A stretch of DNA of 19,476 nt from Candidatus Zixiibacteriota bacterium (GTDB lineage: Bacteria; Zixibacteria; MSB-5A5; GN15; FEB-12): the NCBI GenBank assembly GCA_041742355.1, contig JBGSIV010000055.1:1-19476 (forward strand), given 5' to 3'. The first letter of the stretch is position 1; each line of letters opens with the position of its first letter. The notes beneath the pieces were generated by a model that searched no databases, was not told where the DNA came from, and saw only the letters and a program-made list of their open reading frames with translations. The translations under genes and the position numbers were made by a program. Of the stretch, positions 1 to 7,282 are shown one piece after another.

Positions 1-84
1 CCTCTTGTTACTACAGCGGATTCGACTCACCGCCTCCGCAAAATCGCATGCAAACTGATGGAGATTGACCCATGGTCCACAGTA

Positions 85-112
85 AGTATAAGACAGAGCG
101 TCCGGAGGGCAA
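85..112 (-). promoter_or_regulatory. putative sigma70 promoter pointing out of the left edge of the window
   Basis: Minus strand reads TTGCCC(112-107)-16 nt-TATACT(90-85). An SD-like AAGAGG lies at the extreme left end (6-1), suggesting a gene starts just outside the window. Confidence 0.45.
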
Positions 113-136
113 GAAGCAGCATGTCGGCAAACTAGA

Positions 137-300
137 GAGTAGCCCACAGCTTGCTGTGGGATCGGTCTGGCATGACGGGTCGCTCACAGCTTGCTGTGGG
201 ATCGCTGAGTTGACCAGGTAACCCGCAGCTCTGCTGCGGGTAGCTCGATACAAATGCTCTTCTTGCAGGCCGAGTAGCCCACAGCTTGCTGTGGGATCGG
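137..300 (+). repeat. GTAG-type REP-like palindrome cluster, family A (GTAG-CCCACAGC-TT-GCTGTGGG), 4 copies
   Basis: Identical 29-mers GAGTAGCCCACAGCTTGCTGTGGGATCGG at 137-165 and 272-300. Variant GTCG-CTCACAGC-TT-GCTGTGGG at 179-200 and variant GTAA-CCCGCAGC-TCT-GCTGCGGG at 218-240. Confidence 0.85.
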
Positions 301-426
301 CAGATCAAATACCGCTTTGGGTGTTCGACGGAAACGACGGACGACTGAATGTGTCAAGCACCGATACCGGTGCTTGACCTACCGTCGAAATCCATGGCAG
401 GTCAAACACGGCTTTGCGTGTTTGAC
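300..426. repeat. REP-like palindromes, family B (GTAG-GTCAAGCACC-N6-GGTGCTTGAC), including an inverted REPIN-like doublet
   Basis: Degenerate forward copy at 300-329. Reverse copy GTCAAGCACCGATACCGGTGCTTGACCTAC at 353-382. Forward copy GCAG-GTCAAACACG-GCTTTG-CGTGTTTGAC at 397-426. The same family recurs at 1151-1180. Confidence 0.8.
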
Positions 427-460
427 GGAGGGAAGATCGAATGCAAACGAGAAACGGCGC

Positions 461-1322
461 AAACGAACCCAATTTCAGTGGGAGACTCTTGGCTGTCAAC
501 CCTGCGGAGGCCGAGAGTGCACATCCTGTCAGCCCGGCTCCTCCTCCGTCACCCCGGCTCCTCCTCCGTCAGCCCGGCGGAGGCTGGGGCCCAGTCACGC
601 CGAGGTCTACCGTATGCCGGGATTACCAAACGAACCCAATCCCCGGGCCTGTAGGTCAGGCCGCTTGCGGCCTGACGGCCAGACAAACATGGAAACCGAC
701 AACCTGCGTAAACGAACCCAATTCTTGTGGCCCACCATTTATGGTGGGTTGCTCTCAGCGAAAAAGCAGGAGGACAGAGTCACGAAGACAATAGAAGAAC
801 ATGCACAAACGAACCCGATTGGTCCTGGGCCGTCGGGTTCCCTCGTAGGTCGGGTTCCGAGGAGCGAAGCTCCGAGAAACCCGGCTGGGAGACAAGCAAT
901 GAATCAGCGACTTCCGCGCAAACGAACCCACTGTGTCGATACGTCACCCCTCGACCGACACCCCCTGCGAGCACGTGCGACGGCTGTGCGCCCGCGTAGG
1001 CTGGCCTCCCGCTCGCGTAGAGGGTGGCCTTGCGTCACCCCCGAACGGTCGCAAACAAACCCAATTCCTGGACGTAGGTCAGGCTCCTTGGAGCCTGACA
1101 CGGAGAGAATGAGAATAGAGAATATGCAGGAACGAACCCACTACCCATCGGTAGGTCAAGCACCGCTTTGGGTGCTTGACGGTAGAGCCGCCAAAGACCC
1201 ACAAATGCGCACAAACGAACCCAATCCAAATGTGTGCGCGGCCGATGTCCCCATCGGTCGCGCTGCGCTCAAACGAACCCAATGCCCTTTCCCCCGCGTA
1301 GGGGCGGGGCTTGCCTCCGCCC
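461..1322 (+). repeat. array of nine 13-bp direct repeats (AAACGAACCCAAT) separated by variable hairpin-containing spacers
   Basis: Copies start at 461, 628, 710, 807 (AAACGAACCCGAT), 920 (AAACGAACCCACT), 1053 (AAACAAACCCAAT), 1130 (GAACGAACCCACT), 1213 and 1271. Start-to-start spacing is 167, 82, 97, 113, 133, 77, 83 and 58 bp. Clear hairpins at 651-676, 727-748, 845-885, 1074-1099, 1151-1180, 1236-1263 and 1298-1322. Confidence 0.9.
528..578 (+). repeat. 20-bp tandem repeat, about 2.5 copies
   Basis: GTCAGCCCGGCTCCTCCTCC (528-547), GTCACCCCGGCTCCTCCTCC (548-567), GTCAGCCCGGC (568-578). Confidence 0.85.
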
Positions 1323-1391
1323 CGGAACGTGTGACCCTGCGGCAACCGACGCGCCGCCGTTACCGAAAGCGGAACAAAGACTTATGGTAGA

Positions 1392-2630
1392 TCACTCCTC
1401 CTGCGCCAGCGCCTCCCGCCGCGACTGCACCTTCGACCCCTCCTTGGTCTCGCCGCGGATAAGCCGCGCCAGCCTCCCCATCCCCGGCACCTTCCGCAGC
1501 TCCTGACGGATCTGCTTCGGCCACGCTCCCGCCACTATCGACCGGGGCCGTGCCGGGTACACCCACACGTGGTACAGCGGCCGCTTGTTCGGCCGCCACT
1601 CCTCGTGGTAGGCCCGCTCGGTCATGAAGTCCACCGCGTCGGTGTCGCGGTCCGCAATCGCCCGCGCCAGCGTCAACTCCCTCAGCAACACCCCGGGGGA
1701 ATACCGCGAGAACGCTTCGTCATACCCGATCTTGTAGAGGTACAACGTCCGCCCCGACCTCACCGCCATGTGCGCGGCTATATCCCGGTCCCCAAGCTTC
1801 AGGAAGTGGAACTCCAGCATCCCCCGACGGTGCAGTCGCGTACACAGCGACCGGTGGACCTGGATCACCCGCGCGTTGGCGGCTATCGCCGTCCGCGCCT
1901 GCCCCTTCCACCCCGAGGCCTCGACCGCCATGAACCGGTCAAGGCACTCCGGCCGTGCCTCCGCCCCGGCGAGGAACTCCGTCCTCACCTCGACCGTCTC
2001 GGTGATTCGGCTGTAGGCCCGCTTGATCTGCTTGCGCAGTCCCTGCCCGAGCCTCGACGAAAACTCCTCCCAGGTCACCCGCGTATCAACCGCCGATGCC
2101 CGCCCGGCCGCATGGGAAACCTTCACGCTGCGCGGCCCGAGTCCGTCCTCCACATGAAGCAGGGGAGAGGCGTGGTCGACCCACAGAAACTCCAGCCCGT
2201 ACCACCCCGGCACTTCTTCATCGAGCGCCTCGCGAAATCCCGCGAGCACTCTCCGCTCGTACCCCGGCCGCATCACCGCGTCGACCGAGTTATTCCTCGG
2301 CTTGCCCGGCTGGTGCACTTCAACGGCAGCCTTCCCCAGCACTTTCGTAGGGCGCAGTCCAACCGGCATGACCCCGACCAGGCGTTCATCCTCGTATGCC
2401 GCAAGGCAGAGCAGGCCGTCGGAATCGTCGAGTTGGTGCTCCAGCAGGCTCGCCACCCACGCGTGCGACGTAACCGGCGGTCGGCCCGTGACACGGAAGA
2501 CCAGGTCGTCCCAGTCATCCGCGATTGACGCCAACTCGGAGAGCCGGCGAAGGACTCGAAATGACAAAGAGGTCGTCCCAACTGCAGCGAGTCGTTCCGT
2601 TGACGGTAGTCGCTCAGTCATACCTCTCAT
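1392..2630 (-). CDS. GNAT-family acetyltransferase, CelD/BcsL (Acetyltransf_6)-like
   Basis: 412 aa. Typical segments: N-terminal 'DDWDDL...SHAWVASLLE', 'RLVGVMP', 'WEEFSSRLGQGLRKQIKR', 'EASGWKG', 'YLYKIGYDEAFSRYSPGVLL', 'DFM...YHEEW'. Start could be the ATG at 2621. Confidence 0.85.
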   Translation of the reverse strand: MRGMTERLPSTERLAAVGTTSLSFRVLRRLSELASIADDWDDLVFRVTGRPPVTSHAWVASLLEHQLDDSDGLLCLAAYEDERLVGVMPVGLRPTKVLGKAAVEVHQPGKPRNNSVDAVMRPGYERRVLAGFREALDEEVPGWYGLEFLWVDHASPLLHVEDGLGPRSVKVSHAAGRASAVDTRVTWEEFSSRLGQGLRKQIKRAYSRITETVEVRTEFLAGAEARPECLDRFMAVEASGWKGQARTAIAANARVIQVHRSLCTRLHRRGMLEFHFLKLGDRDIAAHMAVRSGRTLYLYKIGYDEAFSRYSPGVLLRELTLARAIADRDTDAVDFMTERAYHEEWRPNKRPLYHVWVYPARPRSIVAGAWPKQIRQELRKVPGMGRLARLIRGETKEGSKVQSRREALAQEE

Positions 2631-2770
2631 AACAAGAGCGGCCTGGAAAATGTGCGGCTATTCTGTGAGATTGAAGAGGCTTGGTAACCGGCAGGGAAGA
2701 AAGATGATTCTGCCCGCGGGCCGCTGGCCTTCCGCGCAACGGCGGTCGAAGCACCCCCGAAAAGCCCGGC

Positions 2771-3937
2771 TTACTTCGTGCGGAGGGCCGCCAGAACGCT
2801 CAGCCGCGAGGCCTGCACCGCCGGGAGAAAACCCCCGACTACGCCCATCACCGCGGCAAAGACCAGCGCGCTGCCAATGATCTGCGGCGAGGTCTCAAAC
2901 GAGAACGCCAGTTCGGCAAACGTATCCCAGTTGGTGGTGGAGATTTCCGCGAAGCGCAGGAAGGACGCTCCGAATACGCCGATAGCCCCTCCCACCAGCG
3001 CCATCAGCACCGACTCGACCAGGAAAGCGCTGAGGATCGTCAGCCTCGAAAAACCGAGTGCCCGCAGTGTGCCGATCTCCTTCGTACGGCCCGCCACCGA
3101 CGCATACATCGTGATCATCGCGCCGACAATCGCGCCCATCGAGAATATGATCGAGATGACCATCCCCAGGATATTGATATAGGTCGTCGTGAAGCTCGAC
3201 TGCTCGTAGTAGTACTGCTTCTCGCGCTTGACATCGACCGTGAGACGAGGATCATTCTCGAGCCGGGCTTTCATCGCCGCGAACGCCTCCGGAGATTTCA
3301 GGCGCGCCGTTATCGACGAGTAGATCGGTCGCTCGAACGCCGGCGCAAGCTGATCGTAGTCTCCCCAGATCTCGGACTCGAACCCCGAGCCGTCCGCCTC
3401 GAATATGCCTACCACCGTCCAGTCGCGCGACGCAAACCGGACCTTCTCGCCCAGCCCGGCATTCTGGAATCCCCGCGCGACTTTGGCCCCGGCAATCACT
3501 TCCGAGCTGCCCGGTCGCCACATGCGCCCCTCGACAATCGCAACATTCGGACGCACCGCTATCGCTTTGTCGGAGACTCCGCGCACCGGGACGTTGCTCG
3601 TCTTGTCCGAGCCGCGCTTGGTCTTGGTGATCAGCACCATGAGTTCGCCGCTCGCCAGCGGGCTGCCGTCCGGCGCCGTCGCAATCGCCGGGTCTGCCTT
3701 TACCACGTTGCCGTCGTTGCGGTACATGATGCTCGATATCTCCGTCTGGGCCGATCTGCGGATAACGACCGCGTTGTTGTCGTTCCCTGTATCCACCAGG
3801 GTCTGCCGCAGGCCGTTGGAGAGCATCAATACCGCGCAAAAGACGAACACGACCAGGGCTATGCCGAAAATCGTCAGCAGGGACGTGAGCCGGCGGGCGA
3901 ACACGTTCCGCCATGAATATGCCATGAGCAGCCGCAT
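2771..3937 (-). CDS. ABC transporter permease, MacB/FtsX-like
   Basis: 'WRNVFARRLTSLLTIFGIALVV' TM1, a large periplasmic domain, 'RTKEIGTLRALGFSR' and three C-terminal TMs. The ATG at 3937 lies 7 nt after GAGG (the ORF track starts at the TTG at 3940). Confidence 0.92.
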   Translation of the reverse strand: MRLLMAYSWRNVFARRLTSLLTIFGIALVVFVFCAVLMLSNGLRQTLVDTGNDNNAVVIRRSAQTEISSIMYRNDGNVVKADPAIATAPDGSPLASGELMVLITKTKRGSDKTSNVPVRGVSDKAIAVRPNVAIVEGRMWRPGSSEVIAGAKVARGFQNAGLGEKVRFASRDWTVVGIFEADGSGFESEIWGDYDQLAPAFERPIYSSITARLKSPEAFAAMKARLENDPRLTVDVKREKQYYYEQSSFTTTYINILGMVISIIFSMGAIVGAMITMYASVAGRTKEIGTLRALGFSRLTILSAFLVESVLMALVGGAIGVFGASFLRFAEISTTNWDTFAELAFSFETSPQIIGSALVFAAVMGVVGGFLPAVQASRLSVLAALRTK

Positions 3938-3946
3938 CAAGTTACC

Positions 3947-5104
3947 TCAATCGACAATCCGGAGTCCTTCGACTATCGGAGTATTCAACGCTTTGAGCGT
4001 GGGGAAGATCGCCGCGAGCAACCCCACGACCATGGCCGCCACCCCCGCCATCACCAGCGTGAGGGGATTGGTGGCAAACGTCGGGAAGAATGCGCCCAGC
4101 GCCGTCTTCACCAGGTTGCCTATCGGCCACGTGAGGAGTATTCCCGCCGCTCCGCCAAGGGCGGCGATCACCAGCGACTCGCCAAAAATCAGCCCGACAA
4201 TGTGGTAGGTCCGAAACCCCAGTGTCTTCATTACCGCGTACTCGCTGATCCGCTCGCGCGCCGTCATCGCCATTGTATTGCCGAGCACAAGCATGATGAT
4301 CCCCACCACCATGAACGATATCAGCTTGAGTCCGAGAACGATCGAATTCGCCATCGACACAAAGCTCAGGTTGAAAGCCTCCTCGGTCTCGGTCTTGGTC
4401 TCGTAGGTGGAGTTGCGAAATTCGCGGTCAATCGCCTGCGACATCTCCGCCGAGCGCTCCGGGTCGCTGATCTGAACCGCGAACGTCCCTACGTACCCCG
4501 ACCGGATCGGCGCCTCACGGCGCAGTCGCTCGTCGAGGTAATCCCAGCGGAAAAAGAAGGCGCTCTCGTCGGTATTCTCCTTGGCGCCGGTATAGATCCC
4601 GACAATCACAAAATCCCAGTCGCCGGGGAAAATCGTTCCCGCGAGCCGGATAGGATCACCGACCGACCAGCCGAACCGGTCGGCCAGCCGCCGTCCGACA
4701 ATCGCGCCGTTGCGCTCCTGGTTGAACCGCTGCCGCTGATCCTCCGGCACCAGGAACTCGGGATACATATCGAGATACGATTTGTGATCTATGGCGAACT
4801 GGGCGAAGAAATTCTTGGGATCGACATAGACGCCCCCGAACCACGAGGCATGCGAGACCTGTTCGACGCCTTCCACTCGGGCAATCCGATCGGCATAGGA
4901 CAGGGGTAGAAAGAACGTCAGGGAAACCGCGTGACGGGTCACTAGCCGATCCGGAGAGGCCGCCTCGGCCCCGGCATACCACGCATCGATGGTCGTACGA
5001 ATGACCGTGAACGCCATCACGGCGATTCCCATGCCGAGAATGGTAAGAAACGTCCGGAGCTTGTGGCGTCCGGTGTTCTTGAATATGAGTTTGAAGATCC
5101 TCAT
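3947..5104 (-). CDS. ABC transporter permease, MacB/FtsX-like
   Basis: 'KNTGRHKLRTFLTILGMGIAV' and 'ERISEYAVMKTLGF'; 4-TM MacB topology. Its start overlaps the ATPase stop (ATGA). Confidence 0.92.
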   Translation of the reverse strand: MRIFKLIFKNTGRHKLRTFLTILGMGIAVMAFTVIRTTIDAWYAGAEAASPDRLVTRHAVSLTFFLPLSYADRIARVEGVEQVSHASWFGGVYVDPKNFFAQFAIDHKSYLDMYPEFLVPEDQRQRFNQERNGAIVGRRLADRFGWSVGDPIRLAGTIFPGDWDFVIVGIYTGAKENTDESAFFFRWDYLDERLRREAPIRSGYVGTFAVQISDPERSAEMSQAIDREFRNSTYETKTETEEAFNLSFVSMANSIVLGLKLISFMVVGIIMLVLGNTMAMTARERISEYAVMKTLGFRTYHIVGLIFGESLVIAALGGAAGILLTWPIGNLVKTALGAFFPTFATNPLTLVMAGVAAMVVGLLAAIFPTLKALNTPIVEGLRIVD

Positions 5105-5781
5105 GCGGCGGCGAGTTCTCCCTTGTCAAGGCGGCGTTGCACATGGGCCCGCTCGGCCGCCCGCGGGTCATGGGTAACCATGATGATCGTCTTATTGAAC
5201 TCCCGGTTCAGGTAACCGAGAAGGTTCATGACATCCTCGGCCGACTGCTTGTCCAGGTCCCCCGTGGGCTCATCGGCCAAAAGCACATCCGGGTCGGTTA
5301 CTATCGCCCGGGCGATCGCGACGCGCTGTTCCTGGCCGCCGGAGAGCTGGTTGGGGTAGTGGTGCATCCGATCCCCCAATCCCACAATCGACAACGCCGT
5401 CTCCACCTGTTTGCGGCGTTCGGCGCGGTTAAGTCTGGTCAGAAGCAGCGGCAGCTCGACGTTCTCAAAGGCCGTCAGCACCGGCATAAGGTTGTAGAAC
5501 TGGAAGATGAACCCGATCGTGCGGCTCCGCCATTTCGCCAGTTCCGCCTCCGACATCCGCGAGATTTCCTCCTCGCCCACAAACAGCCTGCCATCCGAAG
5601 GACGGTCGATCCCCGCAATCAGGTTCAAGAGCGTGGTCTTTCCCGAACCCGATGGCCCCATGAGGGCCAGGAACTCCCCCTCGGGTATATCGAAACTGAT
5701 GTCGCGCAGGACGGGTATCTCCAGCGAGTCACGCCAGTAAGATTTGTGTATATTCTCAAGTCGAACGAGCGCCTGTTTCAT
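5101..5781 (-). CDS. ABC transporter ATP-binding protein (LolD/MacB NBD family)
   Basis: Walker [10 protein letters not shown], 'GFIFQFYNL', signature [14 protein letters not shown], Walker B/D-loop [12 protein letters not shown]-loop VTHD. Confidence 0.95.
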   Translation of the reverse strand: MKQALVRLENIHKSYWRDSLEIPVLRDISFDIPEGEFLALMGPSGSGKTTLLNLIAGIDRPSDGRLFVGEEEISRMSEAELAKWRSRTIGFIFQFYNLMPVLTAFENVELPLLLTRLNRAERRKQVETALSIVGLGDRMHHYPNQLSGGQEQRVAIARAIVTDPDVLLADEPTGDLDKQSAEDVMNLLGYLNREFNKTIIMVTHDPRAAERAHVQRRLDKGELAAA

Positions 5782-5793
5782 GATCGCGACCTC

Positions 5794-6987
5794 TTAATAT
5801 GTAATCTCAATCTTCTGGCCGGTCTCCATCTTGCCGGGAGGAGTCAGCACGACCTTGTCCCCCTCCTGCAGACCGCTGAGGATCTCAGTATACTCGTTGA
5901 GCTGGCGGCCGATCTGTACTGTCCTCGCGGTTACATAATCCTGTTCAATGACAAAAACCACCCGGGCATCGTTGCGCGTGGTGATCGCATCATCCGGCAC
6001 GACAAGTGTCGGTTTCTCGATGGCGGCGGTCGTATCATCACTCTGCACGAAGAAGTTCACGCGGGCCGACATTTCCGGCAAGACCTTCGCATCAATCGAG
6101 TCAAACGCCACTTTAGTCAGGACCGTGGCGCGGGCGCGATCGGCGGTCGGCACAATCTTCTTCACCCGACCCGGATACCGCACGGTCGGGTAGGCATCGA
6201 GAATGATCTCCGCCCGCTGCCCGGGCGCTACCTTCTGAATGTTTGATTCGGAAACATCGGCCTCGACCTCGAGCGAGTTCATATCGGCTAGCGTCACGAC
6301 CGAGCCCTTGGATGTCGCCGATGATGCAAACGGTGCGACAATCTCGCCGACATCGGCATTCTTGGTCAGTACCGTACCGTCAAATGGCGCTCGGATGAAG
6401 GTATTCTCAAGCGCCACTTCGGCCGACGCGACTGCCGCCAGAGCCGCACTCACCCGCGCCTGTGCGGTCAGGTAGGCCGTTTCGGCCTGCTCGAAATCGG
6501 TCCTTGGAATGGAGCCCGACGACAGCAACTCCTGCGCCCGCCGGATCTGCCGACCTGTATTGAGCGTGTCGACCTCGGCCACGCGGAGCTGGGCCCGCGC
6601 CTGATTGAGCTGCGCTCGAATATCGTCATTGTCCAGTTCCGCAATAACTTCACCGGCTTCGACCGTATCCCCTTCCTCGAATTCCAGGCGTTCCAAACGC
6701 CCCGTGCCCTTGGAGGCTACTTCGGCTTTCCGCTGTGCCACCACGTAACCCGTAGCCACCAATTCGGCCGTGGCCTCGGAGCCGGTCAACAGCGTGACCG
6801 TGGCGGTCCGGACTTTGGTGGCCGGTTTCACGAACTCTCGGAAAAGGAAATAGGCGCCGACCGCGACAACCAGCAGAAGTGGATACACTATCCAGCGCCA
6901 GCGTCGACGGCTCGGGCGGTCGTTGTACTTTCGATCTTTGCTTATGCGCAGGGATCCAATGTCCGCGCGCCCCTCGGATTCTGTCAT
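5794..6987 (-). CDS. periplasmic adaptor (membrane fusion) subunit, MacA/HlyD-like
   Basis: N-terminal TM anchor, lipoyl-like 'EEGDTVEAGEVIAEL', a helical hairpin, 'IRAPFDGTV', 'EVEADVSESNI' and 'EILSGLQEGDKVV'. Confidence 0.93.
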   Translation of the reverse strand: MTESEGRADIGSLRISKDRKYNDRPSRRRWRWIVYPLLLVVAVGAYFLFREFVKPATKVRTATVTLLTGSEATAELVATGYVVAQRKAEVASKGTGRLERLEFEEGDTVEAGEVIAELDNDDIRAQLNQARAQLRVAEVDTLNTGRQIRRAQELLSSGSIPRTDFEQAETAYLTAQARVSAALAAVASAEVALENTFIRAPFDGTVLTKNADVGEIVAPFASSATSKGSVVTLADMNSLEVEADVSESNIQKVAPGQRAEIILDAYPTVRYPGRVKKIVPTADRARATVLTKVAFDSIDAKVLPEMSARVNFFVQSDDTTAAIEKPTLVVPDDAITTRNDARVVFVIEQDYVTARTVQIGRQLNEYTEILSGLQEGDKVVLTPPGKMETGQKIEITY

Positions 6988-7118
6988 GTCTTACCCGCTT
7001 CGTTGTATAAGTCCAGGCCCGTGGACAGGGACACCGGGGCCAAGCCCAATTCTAATGCCCCGCGGCAACTGCATGGCGCCGCTGTCGTTGTCCACGTTGT
7101 CGCTACCCTAAGGGCACC

Positions 7119-7147
7119 AGTGTATCCATGAGAAACGCATTTGTAAA
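7119..7147 (-). promoter_or_regulatory. putative sigma70 promoter of the ABC exporter operon
   Basis: Minus strand TTTACA(7147-7142)-17 nt-TACACT(7124-7119), about 130 nt upstream of the ATG at 6987. Confidence 0.6.
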
Positions 7148-7282
7148 GGGAGAAGTTCTGCGGAATCGTCCGGCAGGGCCGATCCTAACGGAAATGTGAC
7201 AGATGGGGCAGAACCGCCGGCCACGGCCGTGATCGCGGAGGGGAGAGAGCACGCCACCTTGGAGTTATGGACAGATTCGACG

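Noticed and set aside
14..42. tRNA-like 3' end (GGATTCGACTCACCGCCTCCGCA)
   Set aside because: Has a TTCGA loop-like motif, but no proper T-stem or acceptor pairing and no CCA. It more likely lies in the leader of a leftward gene.
11..253. 80-aa minus ORF, with an MGQS segment reminiscent of IS200/RAYT N-termini
   Set aside because: Runs through REP palindromes, stops at 11 and has no HUH motif.
461..1283. CRISPR array interpretation of the direct repeats
   Set aside because: The repeat is only 13 bp (about 17 with its loose flank). Spacers vary from 45 to 154 bp and are themselves palindromic repeats. No cas genes are in the window.
461..1322. Integron attC cassette array
   Set aside because: No RYYYAAC…GTTRRRY-bounded sites recognised, no cassette ORFs and no integrase. 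The hairpins carry GTAG feet instead.
7055..7075. Cobalamin-riboswitch-like GCCCC…GCAACTG segment
   Set aside because: Wrong strand for the downstream operon, and the other conserved B12-element motifs are missing.
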